DNA of 64,000 nucleotides from Tubiluchus corallicola (lineage: Eukaryota; Animalia; Priapulida): assembly GCA_030141605.1 (NCBI GenBank), contig JAQGDQ010000015.1, forward strand, positions 558,001 to 622,000, in the 5' to 3' direction. The position numbers and the translations under genes are program-made. This document shows positions 44,566-57,580 of the stretch, piece after piece. The first letter of the stretch is position 1. Each line of letters opens with the position of its first letter. The notes under the pieces are model-generated. The model did not search any database. It was not told the DNA's origin and was given only the letters and a program-made list of their open reading frames with translations.

Positions 44566-45030
44566 GTAAATTTATAAACAACACAAATATATTAAGCTGA
44601 ATAACAGCAGGGTGATACTGGCACTGAAAGTTGCCGAAGCAGGTTTACCGTTCTTACTATTTCTGGCTGTCTTGGAAAGTGGCTGGTAGCAGAGGCATCA
44701 ACTGCCTTAAGCATGTTATATTTGAGATGTTTGCTTGCTGATAAACATGAAACAGTTATGAATGACTGCCATTTTTTGAAAAGAAGCTCTTAACTGCTTA
44801 TTTGTTAGTATAATAATTTTGTGATTGTTCGACTAACATAAGATAAGAATTTTGTAGAAAATTTTAGTTGCAGTTGAATGAGAGTCCAAAAACCATGTAG
44901 TTTTCAAAACTAGCTCAGAAAAATCATTTAAAAGCTTAAACACATTTTTGCACATATACTGATTGCTGTTCATAATTGTTTTTAAGCCATTGCAGCAGTT
45001 ATATGATGAGTGTAATATGATATTTTGCAG

Positions 45031-45125
45031 AGAGTTTTGTTTAATATTGTCAACTATAGTAAAGCCAAGTCACTATACAGAGAAGGACAAACACCGTTAG
45101 TTTATTCTACTAGTCGATGCAAGTG
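45031..45125 (+). CDS. AGBL4: AGBL4/CCP6 exon 4 (RVLFNIVNYSKAKSLYREGQTPLVYSTSRCKW)
   Basis: 95 nt, bounded by gcag| and |gtaaat. Conserved CCP N-terminal domain. Confidence 0.96.
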
Positions 45126-45225
45126 GTAAATATGTGTTACTATTTTTTCGTGCCCGTTTGCCCAATGAAAGTAGAGCTGGACACTTAAGGAAGGGCCAGC
45201 AAGAGTAGTTGCTAAGCTTCATGTA

Positions 45226-45571
45226 AGGGGTGTCAAGAAATGACTGCCTTCTAAATGAAAACCAACAGTGCTGCATTGGAAAGAGCATTTAATTTTGAAT
45301 AAACAACACTTACTGTTTAGTACTACTTTTATTCACAACTCCAAGTGTCATAAATTGAAAGGACACGACTCGTGTTAGTTTTCCAACAGAAAAGGCATTA
45401 TGATTAATTTCTTTAGAAATAATTAGAGATAATTAGGCAATAAGAAGCTGAAAGTACATTAAAGCTAAAACACACATTAAATTATAATAATAAGTACTAA
45501 AAATAGTATACATTTATATCTACTTGTGATTACTTCTAACTATAGCGGGGCTATCATTTCTTGACACCCTG
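45226..45571. mobile_element. Tc1/mariner-type MITE (346 bp)
   Basis: TIRs GGGTGTCAAGAAATGA / TCATTTCTTGACACCC, flanked by TA on both sides. Confidence 0.85.
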
Positions 45572-45863
45572 TAAAAACTAAGCTTCTTCAAATGAATCTA
45601 TTAAACTGGCAAGGTTGTTTTCCTCTAAGAACTGTTGTAAAAGCCCTCCATTCTCAATAATGTGTGCACTTTAAAAGTTGCCCAAATTCGACAATCAACC
45701 AACATTGATGTGTCAGTGCTGCTGCTCAAATTCTAGCCAAACTTGCACAGCAAGTCGGGTGTGAGCTTCCGTTGTGCAGCAAAAAATAATTGACTACTGT
45801 CGTTAGCACTTAAAATTCTTATTTTTCTGTTCCTAACCCCTAAAACTCGAGAGTTATTCACAA

Positions 45864-46100
45864 CTGGTGTTTCTAATTCACCACTCAGGATCTAGAAACA
45901 GATACCTATCAATTGCCTGAGCAATTTTTGTCAGTTCTGCACATAAGCAGAGTTAGTTGTCTTTAGTGAATGAAAGCTCAAAAACTGGCAATTTGGAAGC
46001 TATTCGCAGAGCTGGTGTTTCTATTCACTATACAGGATTTATATATGTAAATCTATTGATTTTCTGAGCGATTTTTTGTCATGTTTTGTCCATAAGAATT
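45864..46100. repeat. Diverged tandem duplication, period ~148 bp
   Basis: CTGGTGTTTCTA(A)TTCAC...CAGGAT...CTGAGC.ATTTTT..GTCA...CATAAG occurs at 45864 and 46012. Confidence 0.7.
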
Positions 46101-46180
46101 GCTAATTGACTTTAAGAGTGAAAATTAACTTTCAGAAGGCAGTTAATTCTCAAAAAAAATTCTGAGGTTATTTGTACCTA

Positions 46181-47525
46181 CACCTTTTCAAGCTCAAAAG
46201 TGCACAGCAAAAAATCCATTGTTCTCAACAAAAAATCGTGCACAGCAAAAATCAGAAGAGCACAGTAAAAAATCAGTGTGCACAACAAAAAATGAAAAGC
46301 AAAAGATGTTAACCTTTTTATGTAGTGTGGTCCCTTCTAATGTTAATAGCACTGCTGGAGTGTGTGTAGCTTGAGGTAAACAAATTGTGTTGCGCGAGTA
46401 GCAAAATACCAAAAATTCTGCTAATTAAACTTTCAGTAACTTCACTTTTGAATATTCTGCTAAGTTTCTAATAATAAAAAGGATGATGATGATGATGACA
46501 CCATTGACTGGCCAAATAATGACTTAAGCAGTTTTGAAAGGGACACAACCATAGTTTAAAATTTTAGTGTCAATCATTGATTGAAGATTTGCTTAGAAAA
46601 GCGTCCTAACCCTGCCATACTTGAAAATGGCTGTGAATTAATTTGCTAAATTTGAGTGCAACTACAGTGTCATGACCAGCAATACTATTTTAACTTATAG
46701 CAATATTATATAAGCCTTTTACATTATGTTATCATCATTATTATTCTTATATATTACACCTCGTTTTGTGTGAAAATATTATATTGTTTTTGTCGCCTTA
46801 ATTTTTGATATAGCCTAAAAAAATTTCTATATACCATAAGTCGTGTATCTTTTGATGCCATCCGTTCCTCGGCCTGGAGTGAACTCCGCTTCTGGAAGAA
46901 TCCTTTCCGATAATCAATCGACAGCCAATTGTCGGCATCCAAATCTTGCTAATTTATGAAATAATGGCTTGTAGTGGGGAAAGTGCTGCTCGGAGTTGTC
47001 CTATTTTGGACATCATGCAGGGTTGCAAAGTGAGCATGCCCGATTAACATTTGGGAGATTGTGCACTGCCTTATCTGTGAGTAGGTTTGCAACCACTCAT
47101 CGAAAATTGTATGACTCTTGCCAGTGGTAGAGGACCTGTGATCAGTATCAGTAATTATTATTAAAATCTTTACAAATGTGCATGTGTGGATGTAACAAAC
47201 AATTTTACTAATGTCATAACATGGTAATTTATTAGAGCAAATAATAGAAAAATATAACACCTATAAAAATCTTACATTCTATGTAAATAGTAACACACAT
47301 ATCATTCGATTATAATGTAGTAACACAAATTTAAAATTACTACAAATTTACAAAAATTGTTTCTACCTAACACAATAGAACATATTTCAAATTACACGAT
47401 GAAAGTTCTGGATGATAGTTCTGCCTTGCTATTCTACGTAAACAAGTTAACATGTTGCACTTTTGATTTTTCGCTGTGTTTTTGATTTTTCACTGTGCAC
47501 TTTTGACTTTTTGCTTGAAAAGGTG
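46181..47525. mobile_element. Non-autonomous DNA transposon with modular inverted termini (foldback or CACTA/CMC-like), 1345 bp
   Basis: Perfect 13-bp TIR CACCTTTTCAAGC / GCTTGAAAAGGTG. Both ends carry inverted subterminal arrays of a ~20-nt GTGCACAGCAAAAAATC unit. Confidence 0.75.
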
Positions 47526-49343
47526 AAGTTATTCATAGCAAATGAGATAAAAATAAATTTTTTATTGCATTGTCTGAGCTAAAATTTGGAATTTTCATCT
47601 GTGCTGTCTGTCTGTCTGTGTGAGATCACTGATCCAATTTCATCCAGACTTGCACAGCAGGTGGGTCTAAGCTCTAGTCATGCGGTAAAAAGATTTGTTC
47701 CCATACTGACCGCAATGGCAGTCCTTACCATTGAACTGCTATCAGCCAAATGGCTCGTATTGGTTTTCAAACTGTTTCAGTTGTAGAAGTAACAGCTTAA
47801 AGGATGCCAGGCTAACTTGAATGTGTACAGTAACTACACCAGTTACCTATTAAAGCTAGTATACTGTTAGCTTCGTTCAACTAATTTTGCTTTAAGTCCT
47901 GGGAATTGTACAACTAAAGCATATTTTGGCTTCGTAGCCATCACAGTTTATGGCTGTTTGCATTTCTGCATTCTTGGAATTCATTAGTGAAATGTATATT
48001 TTATTGAAAACTATAAAATTTAAATATAAAGCCTTTATTATTTTTTCAGACCCAGTAGAACATAAACAGAAAAGACATATTTATTTTATCACGCTTATGA
48101 TGCAAAGAAAACTTTTCAATTATATTAACAAACTTAACATAATGTATAGCAATCCAGCATCATTTTCCCTAAGTGCTGAATATTTAAAATTCAAGCTAAA
48201 GGCTATTTGAACCCTATAAATCAGAAACCCATGCAATAACATTGTCCTTTAATAAATTTGAATTAAATGCTGAGTTAGCATAAAATATGATCGCAAAATG
48301 TGAAATGAATATCAAATATGAACACTGAATAAATTTCGTATGCATGCGTAAGCTAGAAGTTCATTAAATTATAATCCTTCGTATTTGCAGTAAAGCTTGT
48401 GTGATGATCCTGACTTTAATGTTACAGACAGACACGAATAAGCTTGGTGCCATGAGTAATTTTGAATAATTGTGATATAAACTGTTGATGTCACGAATTG
48501 ATGTTGGTGTGTCGTAAAACTAACATTGCTCTGTTAGTTGCAATTGCTTATCGAGCAGCGAATTTAGAAATGTCACGTCCACATCGCGTGCAACACTGAG
48601 TAGTTTAATAATAATATCAACATCATTTGTAATAAGATAGATCAACTAAATTTTAGGCATACAGGAGATATAGGCTAATGGAACTTTTTAAAACATATAA
48701 AAATTTTAAATTATTATTAATTATTTTTTTGAAATATGTAAAATACTTAAATGTGAGATAGTTTTGAACTCGCATCTTTGTTAACATTCTATTCAATTTA
48801 TGTACCTGTTAATGAAATGAGTACGAGAAAATTTAATCTAATGTGTTTTCTGGCTAATTGTATTTGGAGAAAATACGTTAATATTCTGTTTAATTGATGT
48901 GACTAATCTTTAAAATTAATTTATAATTCCATGTTTATTTCGTGTTTCCTACAAATTACCTAGCAGTTTTCGCTTACTTTTTCGTCTTTTCCTATAAGAT
49001 GACAAATAAATTTTTATGTTTAGTGATAATCTGGCACTGAATTCCTATGAAATCTTGTTTAGCATTTTTATGTTCTTTACTTTTCAGTTAGCATTCTCCC
49101 AATTGTTTTAAATTATGTTTAGTTTTTGGACTGTTCCTTTATCTTTATTTTAAAGTGACGTCTGGTTCAAAACTTGACAGACACAAAAATGAAGCTCAGT
49201 TACACCCCTTAAAAAGTTACAGTATTTACATTATTTAAAAATGTTACAGTATTTAAAAACATAGAAAAATAAATAATTTTTTTGTAATGGTTATGTATGA
49301 ATGCGCAAAAAGTGCCCAAGTATTAGCTTATAATATTTTATAG

Positions 49344-49554
49344 GCAGAGGATACCAACAACTCAGGTTTATTATTATCGCTGCTCTTCCCGTAAGAATTA
49401 CATCATGTCGTTGGCATTCGTCTTTGATGTGGAAGAGACTTACTCATTTGCATACTGCTACCCATACACCTACACCCAACTCCAAGATTATTTGGATAAT
49501 TTGGAGGAGCAAGATTTACCTTACATTCGTAGGGAATTATTGGGAGTAACAGTG
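49344..49554 (+). CDS. AGBL4: AGBL4/CCP6 exon 5 (QRIPTTQVYYYRC...FAYCYPYTYTQLQDYLD...RELLGVTV)
   Basis: 211 nt. Contains the YPYTY motif of the M14D subfamily. Confidence 0.96.
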
Positions 49555-49960
49555 GTAAGTATGTTCAGTACTAACAGTTTAAGTACATACTGTTGCTTGT
49601 CTCGGGTGCCAGTAGAGTCGTATCATGAATAAGCTGTTCACCTGTCTTCAACTGTCTTCTAATTTGTCTGTTTGCAACGTATCTCAGAAACACAGATGAA
49701 AATGTAACCAAATCTAACAGAGAGGTAGTCTTCAACAAAGATGTCAAAAATTAGAAAAAACAGAATGAGAGAACAGATGGTAATGAGTTTTTAGGCATTT
49801 TAAAGACTATTTATCAAAAAGTAACCGAATTGGCAGATAAAATAAATTTTATATAAACTAGAATTATTGTGATTTGAAAGTCATCTGGCTAGAAGTAACA
49901 GTCACTGAGCTCATGCTATTTCACTTTCAAAATTTTTAGATAATTTCATCTTGTATTTAG

Positions 49961-50090
49961 CAACAAAGGCGATTAGACCTACTCACAATAACACACCCAG
50001 ATAATTTACGGGAAGGCGTAGAGCAGAGGGTGGCTTTCATCACAGCTAGAGTTCATCCTGGAGAGACTCCTGCTTCTTTTATTTGTCACG
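49961..50090 (+). CDS. AGBL4: AGBL4/CCP6 exon 6 (QQRRLDLLTITHPDN...ITARVHPGETPASFICHG)
   Basis: 130 nt. Contains the zinc-binding HPGE motif. Confidence 0.97.
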
Positions 50091-50723
50091 GTAACGTCAT
50101 AATGATATGTGTTTTCGGAGAATTTTTACAACTATATATTATCTCTTTATTTGGCTTTAAAAAAGACAATAAAAGATACATATTAATAGTTTCATAATAC
50201 GCCCTGTAAAGCTGATTATTCGGCCAACATACTATTTTCCAGACCTTTCAAGCCTATTGATTCCAATACAAACCTGGCATCCATATAGGGTTATTAACAT
50301 CTTTCGTATCTAATCTAGGGATACTCTGTTTGCTTAGAACTTTCAAATAGAAGCCATTTCTACCATTAGGTTGTCATATGTCAAGAGACCAGTCAAAACA
50401 ACCAGCTTTAACATTGCTGAGCTAACTGGCTTACACCAAAAAAAAAATTTGAGCAGTCAGTGTACAGATTTTTGAAATTGTTATCAATATAAACAAAAGT
50501 AGTTATTAATATGTAAAATAATGAAAATGTGAAAATGCTCTGATTGAAACTAGAAGATACTCAGTCTGATGAATATCAGAGCTGTACCATGCTTAATGCC
50601 ATCTAGCGTATAATCTTGATTATTGACATTATATTGTTTGTCCTTGTTTGTTTGTTTGCCTACCGTCTCTGTCAGTTTTTTCTGATATTCTGAATATATC
50701 TGCAATTTATCATTTTTGCCTAG

Positions 50724-50838
50724 GTTTTATGGAGTTTTTAGTATCCCAACATACACTGGCCAAAGCACTAAGGAAGTACATTGTGTTTATGGTAGTGCCT
50801 ATGCTAAATCCTGATGGTGTATACTTGGGAAACTATAG
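50724..50838 (+). CDS. AGBL4: AGBL4/CCP6 exon 7 (FMEFLVSQH...VPMLNPDGVYLGNYR)
   Basis: 115 nt. Contains the PMLNPDGV motif. Confidence 0.97.
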
Positions 50839-51122
50839 GTAATGACGACAATACCACTAGGTAGAAGATCTTTTATAAATAGCAGATTTCATGAATGTAA
50901 ATATTATACAGCAAACTGAATAGGTCACAGTAACAGAAGATACTACTATTCAAATGTTTCCTTTGTCTTTAAAATTAGTCAGTAGAAGGTACTGTTCTAG
51001 CATTTTCCTTTGCTTTTATAATTAGCCAGTTGTGAAATTGCTATGAATGTCAACAAGTGCAATTAAGTTAATGTCAAAAAGTAGTGCTCAGAGTATGTGC
51101 ATATTAATTTTTATTATTAGTA

Positions 51123-51905
51123 CAGTAGTCGCCGCTTAATAGACTCACGGTTAATAGACTCAATCGCTTAATTGACTCAAAAGCGCCTGGAACGGGCCGC
51201 TTCTATTTAAATATACATAAAAACTGTCGGTAATTAACTCAACTAACTTCACTTGATTGACTCAATATTTTTCCTTCACGTACTTAAAATAAGACATTTG
51301 TACGTGCCCAAACAGCCTTTCCTACTTTTATGTCATCCTTTTACTTCCCTTTTGTGCATTATATATGTAGAAACAACCATGTTAAGTACCGTTTTGTTTG
51401 AAATAGGTACGTTTATCATGCGCTAATTCGCTAGCGTAGCTATTTTGCTTTGAATCTGCTACCCGCTCGTCCACTGCAATTTACCTCGTTACCCATAAAA
51501 TTTCTGGAAGCTATTCAGATTCAGAAATGTTTTAGTCATGCACAACAACAGATTTTCATTGTAGGCCAACTTCTTCGCGAGAAAATGAGGCAACCGACTT
51601 TGAAGGAATTTTTGCAAATAAACAGACTTAGAAAAGTCTGTGATTTAGAAAAGTATACCTTTAATTTATTGCTAATTCACTTATATAAATTAATATTTTA
51701 ATTTTTTTTCGAATTTTTAACTGCACAAAGGAATTTAGGCATTACTTCGTTTCTAAAATTCATTAAAAACCTTTGCAGTGCATAGTAAGCTGATGACTCG
51801 CACTTCTATACCTGTAATACTACACCCATCGGTTAATAAGTTCAGTCGGTTAATTGGGCCAAAACATGTCGGTCCCAAAGTGAGTCTATTAAACAGCGAC
51901 TACTG
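51123..51905. mobile_element. pogo/Tigger-like non-autonomous transposon (783 bp)
   Basis: TA target duplication, 26-bp TIR CAGTAGTCGCCGCTTAATAGACTCAC with 2 mismatches, and subterminal TTAAT(A/T)GACTC repeats. Confidence 0.9.
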
Positions 51906-52459
51906 TATTTTTTAATAGGCAGTTTGAAAAGTTTATGATCAATCATAACCCGTCTTCCGGCTTAGTAATTCATGCCCATTAGCTAAAACTGCATTTTATG
52001 TCAATTTGTATTTTTTTAACTAAATTTAGCACACAGCTAGCTGAAATCCAGCATTCAACAGTAAGGTCCTGCTCTTTGTATATAGCTGTGGCAAGACCAG
52101 GACCAGACAAGGCTCGTTGTCAAACCTTTACCTCTAACATAAGCTTTAAAGTACTCTGATGATGCGGTAAGAGCCAGAATTAGTTTGTCGAATGAAAATG
52201 CACAGAGCGGTCACCTGACCAACCTCAGCGCCACTCTTTTTTTGATTGGCAGGCCCTCACCACTTGGCTATTCTATTCACCTCAGCTACACAAGAGAAGA
52301 AAAATTTAATTATATTTTTATTACGTGAAATGCAGACAGTGTCGAATTTAGATGGTGAGAAAGCTTAGGTAATTCCTTTTGTGAGGTCCACCAATCCCTG
52401 TACAGTTTACGTTGCAGTATTTATTTCAGAGTTGTTATTATTAATGCTTTTTCTTGCAG

Positions 52460-52571
52460 ATGTTCATTGATGGGTTTTGACCTTAATCGCCAGTGGTCTG
52501 ACCCTTCCCCATGGGCTCACCCATCTGTCCATTCTGTAAAAAATTATTTAAAGAATTTGGACCAAGACGAG
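52460..52571 (+). CDS. AGBL4: AGBL4/CCP6 exon 8 (CSLMGFDLNRQWSDPSPWAHPSV...)
   Basis: 112 nt. Contains the DLNR substrate-binding motif. Confidence 0.97.
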
Positions 52572-55500
52572 GTAATACAATTTACTGCAATTTTATAAGT
52601 TTTTTGTTTAATTTATTCAGTTTTTATACTTCTTAATTATGAAACTGCTGATATTAAGATTTTGTCATAGTAGAATCTTCTTAAATTTCATTATGTTTAT
52701 TACTATTACTTACTTTATATCTTTTCTGTGCATTTATTTGGAACCCTTTAGAAGCTTGTGCGCCTTAATTTTGTCTCTAAACTGGTGAGAGGCTCCTGTA
52801 CTGGCCACAATAAAATCACATATTTTGCAGCACTGTTTGAACGTGGACGGATCTATATTTAACTGCTGTGAGTGCCCTGCTGTGAAGACGATGCAATTCT
52901 CTATCTAATTACAACTTTATTATTCACTTACGAGCACTTATTGCATCCATCTTCCTATCGTCACTGCAGTATATTTGTCACGAATTTATTTCTGAAGTGT
53001 GTTAATAAATGTGGGGCATGTCTAGAAAACAGTGTGTTTGTTTCAAGTCAACATGCTGCAAAAGAGTGACTATTTTTAGGCAAATACTGGAGAACTGAGT
53101 GTCTATGTTTAGGGCAGGTCCAGAATGATATACTTGCAATAAGATTTAACAGAATGTTGGTTGAGTTGTTATTAAAATGAACTACATGAACTTGACTTTA
53201 TAAATCAAACTGGCTTTCCCTTTTTGCTTTAGACAAACTTTCTATTACTCCATTAAGGGTTGCTTTTTATTGAAACATATTAAGCACTAATCTGCACACC
53301 AATAATGAAATGCTTTAAGGGCAGCTTTTGAACAGCCAAAGATAATTAGACGACTCAGACAGGATAACACTGACACAGGATAGCCCAGTTTAAACCTGTA
53401 ATTATGAACACAGTGAAGGTGATGGTGTACTAGAATTTTTCATATCCTGTTTTCAGGTGTGTTATCATGACACATATAGCACTTTTTTATACCTTTGTAC
53501 AAGTCCCATACAGCAGTTTAACTTGAAGTTGTTTAAACTTTGGTCATGCCACAATGCCATTTTAACATCAAACTAGAAGGAAAATTAATTATAATATTGG
53601 CCATTGAATGTCAAATTGAATTAGTAATTCCGATTCTAAATCCCGTCAAAGCTCTTTATTTTCCTCCGAGGAAACGTCAGGCAATCGAACTGCTCCGTGC
53701 AATAAAATAGCACGGATTTGTGAACAAATGGGGAATAGATGCTCACTGCTCGACTAACTGTGGCTAATTCATCGTTTTGTTTTACTGGTTGGAGAGACAA
53801 ATGACGCAGTTGTGCACTCGAGAACTGTTAGATTAAGCTCTTAAGGTACCCAGATTAAAGTTTTCTGAGTGGCTGTGTTACTACGTGACATCTTATGGCA
53901 TTAAATGGTTTTCCTTCAGTCGTTATTGCCATCAGATAACATCAGATATATTGCAGAGCTTAACATTAACAAGCCGTAAGCGGTTTGTGCTGTTCTATAA
54001 TTTAAATTTATGCTCTAGCTCAACCGCCAATCTTATGAATAACAAGCATTGTAAAAGGGGGCAGATTGCCAACTGGTCACTGGTAGAGTTGGCTGTTGTA
54101 TAGGCTTGTAAATTTGATAGTTTGCTTACTTTCTCTTCTTTTTTCTGATTATTAGTTTTATAGAGATTGTCAAATATTCATAAATAGACATTACTTTTTT
54201 CTAATGGTAACTTCTAAGGCTTTGACGCAGAAGTAGGATGCTTTTTGAGAAGGTTACTAAATCAACAGGTTGAATCTAATACAAAGGCTGGCATCTAAGC
54301 CCTGCCTACCAGGCCCATTCTCACAAACTTTTGTTTGCTGATAGCAGCTACAATGTAATATTTATAGACAAACCAAAAAAATATGAAGAATACATGTACA
54401 CTTATTAGCTTTGCTAATTGTTCCAGAAAATGTGTCAATGTTATATACTTGCCTGACTACAAGAAATTGTTAAGCAAATCATTGCAAAAAAGTATATATT
54501 TATTTCACTCAGAATATGTGCATTATATTACATGTGAGAATATGGATTTAAATAACATAAGTTACTCCAGTTAAATTTTGTGAAATGCTTCAGCTTATGT
54601 TCTCTTTGATCCAGTGGCATGTTTGTTTAGGTTTTCTTTAGCTTGGAGAAACTTATAATAAATCTTACTCTTTCTAACCTTCCTGTCGCTATACATTTAC
54701 ATCAAGTATCCCAAGCACAACATTACACTCTCATAATGTCTTTGTTTTATCGCTGAATAAATTTTACTTACAGAAATTTGTATGGATGGAAAAAATACAA
54801 ATAATACTAATAATGTGCACTTGACTTTGATTCTCGCAGTATTTTTCAGTACATTCTCCAGGTATATTCGTGAGTAGCTTTAGTCGGCTCGCTAGCTGAG
54901 AAAATAAAAGAAGCACTTGATTTACATTGCGAGGTGGATGCCTGTTGACTTATTGACATTTTCTGATCCAGATTCCTGGTCAAAATGGAAAACCTCAACC
55001 CACGTTCGTTGCTTATTTATCAAAGTGTGGCAGCAACTCAGTGTCAATGCTATCTCCAAACTCCAAATTTTTTTAGTACAATTAAGTTAGATTACTAAAT
55101 AACCTAATCAAGTGATTTAAGACAAAATGAATCCCTCCATTTATCTATGACTTCATTTGGCAGGGCTCCGTACACCAAGTACTTAATTTTTAAGGCATTA
55201 CTTCCATTGTCATTAAATTACAGTTAAACAATTAAAATACTTGATTCATACCAGTTCAACTTAAACCTGTCTGATTTTGTTGACTAAATGACCAAGCAGT
55301 AAGTTGTGTGTTTGAGTCAAGTATTTCAAGAATTAGAACTAAATTTTACCATGTTTGAAAATTGCCATAGAAAAAGATTAAAACATATTCACAATCATAC
55401 TTATAATTAGTTGTCTAAAATTCAGTACAACAACAATTACGATTTGCTTGAAGGCAATTCTTGCCAAATCTACTGTCCAGAAATGAGTTTATATCTAGCA

Positions 55501-55585
55501 AATAACTTGAAATAGTTTGTGCATCATCAATAATCCGTTTTTATTCAGTAGTTTATGGCCTTAGGTAAGTCTTCTTTTTTTATAG

Positions 55586-55788
55586 AATATTTCTCTGGAT
55601 TTTTACATCGATATACATGCTCATTCAACTCTGCTCAATGTATTCATGTTTGGAAATGTGTTCGAGGATGGACCCAGGCATGATAGGCAGTCAGTGTTTC
55701 CACGCATCCTCGCACTCAACGTAGAAGATTTTTCAATGATTAACACGAATTTCAATAAAGATAATCAAAAGGCTGGTACTGGCCGAAG
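55586..55788 (+). CDS. AGBL4: AGBL4/CCP6 exon 9 (NISLDFYIDIHAHSTLLNVFMFGN...KAGTGRR)
   Basis: 203 nt. The third zinc ligand lies in DIHAHS, and the KAGTGR motif is present. Confidence 0.96.
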
Positions 55789-55815
55789 GTGAAAACTTTG
55801 TAACTTATCTAGTGC

Positions 55816-55923
55816 CAGGGCCTATTGCAAGGGGGGGAAGTGGGGATACTTCCCCGGGGCCTCACCCTCTAGGGGGGCTTCTCGCCAAGGTAACATTTTT
55901 TGCTTTATGCGAACCTACCGCCT

Positions 55924-55986
<63 letters not shown>

Positions 55987-56203
55987 CCGCATGCGTGCCG
56001 TTTGCCAGTATTGACAAGTATTAAGGACTGGTCTTGAGAATAAAGCAGTTTTTCTTTCAATTGTTCTTTCCTTTAACAACTGTATAACTCCATATTTTCT
56101 CTCCGAAAATGCTTCTCTGGCATTCTAGCAGTTCAAAAATTTTACCGATGGGGCCTCACACGTCCCACTTCCCCGGGCCTCGCCTAGGCTGAAATAGGCC
56201 CTG
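55816..56203. mobile_element. hAT-superfamily MITE (388 bp) with an internal (CT)n tract
   Basis: Perfect 8-bp TSD TCTAGTGC (55808-55815 and 56204-56211) and perfect 11-bp TIR CAGGGCCTATT / AATAGGCCCTG. Confidence 0.93.
55932..55984. repeat. (CT)n microsatellite
   Basis: About 26 uninterrupted CT units. Confidence 0.97.
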
Positions 56204-57464
56204 TCTAGTGCTAATAGTTTTGTGTAATCCAAAAAATCCTTAAATACTGCATTTTAGTAGTGCTATATTTCTGTAGACTGACACGTGCTGCAATAATTGA
56301 GTTTCGCAAACCAAATGCATTAACTGTCTTGTTGCACCCAGAAGTCAGTATTGGTGATGTCGGCCAATGCTACACTCGTCTTGCAAAGTTGGGCACTTTG
56401 CTACAGAAAAAACACCACAAGAGGAAAATCGTAATGATGTTTATTTTTGCTGTAGATCATCCAGCTCTGCAAGATGAGTGTAGTATTGGCTGCTATCTGC
56501 AATACTAGATTCTTTCTTTCTCGCCTTATTCAGTACCCCCATCCCTCACTGGTTTGCACCAATCATTTGGCCACCAAACACAGAATACTGAATATCACGT
56601 GCAACTTAAATTACTTCTTCCTTGGAATTGGTTTACATACATCTTTGCACTTACGCATTCTCATTTTTAATTTTGTTAGCTACGAAATTGTTTTCTAAAA
56701 TGATGCTTATTTAAATGGTAACTGCAGCATCCTCTTTAGACATTTAACCAATATGCAGCATTTGTTGATCAGTTCCGACTAGTGAGAATTATAAAAGCAT
56801 CAGTAAAATGTTCACATATTATTGACCTTTTTAAAGGTTGTAAATGCCTAAGTTGTCTGTGTTTTATTGGAGTTTTATTAGAGTTATCTTATTAAGACTG
56901 ACAATCGAATATCCTTTGATCTTTTCAAAGGAGTTATTTGCATATAAATTGCCTTGCTGTCGATGGCGAGTTGTTGCTCATCAAAGACACACCCAAGAGA
57001 TGATGTGCCAGTGATGAAAAGGGTTGAATAAAAATTGCATTGCGATACTTTGTGTCCAGCTGGGATAATGTCTTTTGTTATGTTTTAAATGCAAAACATG
57101 AATGAATATTTCCAATGTAATTAATTAGTGCACCACTTGTTGGTCATTAACTTGATACTCGTTATTTCAGTTTGTCAGCTGTTAGGTTATCTTTTGATTA
57201 ATGCAAACTCGTTGTTTATTAATTTTGTCTTAACACCTCTTAAGACCTACTGAATTTTCCTTTATGTTTGTCAGTTTCCAGTTTGCCACTCGGCAGCAAG
57301 TTAATAAACAATTTGTTTGGTATAATGTGTCATTAAATAACATTAAATGATTTTTTTTATAAAGACCTGTTACTTATAGCTTGAAACATATATTTGGCTT
57401 CATTTGCTTTCGTTTTCTGTGCCCTGCTTCTATTTTTTGCTGATAATATCTGTTTTTTTTGTAG

Positions 57465-57580
57465 AACTTTAGCTAATGAATTGGGTGCAATGACAATGTG
57501 TTATACTTTGGAGGTCTCATTCTTTGGCTGGATGTCAAGCAATACTTGTGGAACCATCGTACCATACACCGCAGAAAGTT
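57465..57580 (+). CDS. AGBL4: AGBL4/CCP6 exon 10 (TLANELGAMTMCYTLEVSFFGW...PYTAES)
   Basis: 116 nt. The catalytic Glu lies in YTLEVSF, and the exon ends at a U12-type donor. Confidence 0.94.

Noticed and set aside
46190-46300. CRISPR-like spaced repeats
   Set aside because: These are degenerate subterminal transposon repeats in a eukaryotic intron, with no unique spacers or cas genes.
52150-52225. C/D-box snoRNA or hammerhead ribozyme (CTGATGA ... CTGA)
   Set aside because: No terminal stem, no recognisable rRNA guide, and no GAAA core with stem II.
45126-57464. A nested BEND5-like gene, as in vertebrate AGBL4 introns
   Set aside because: No BEN-domain-like coding sequence was recognised.
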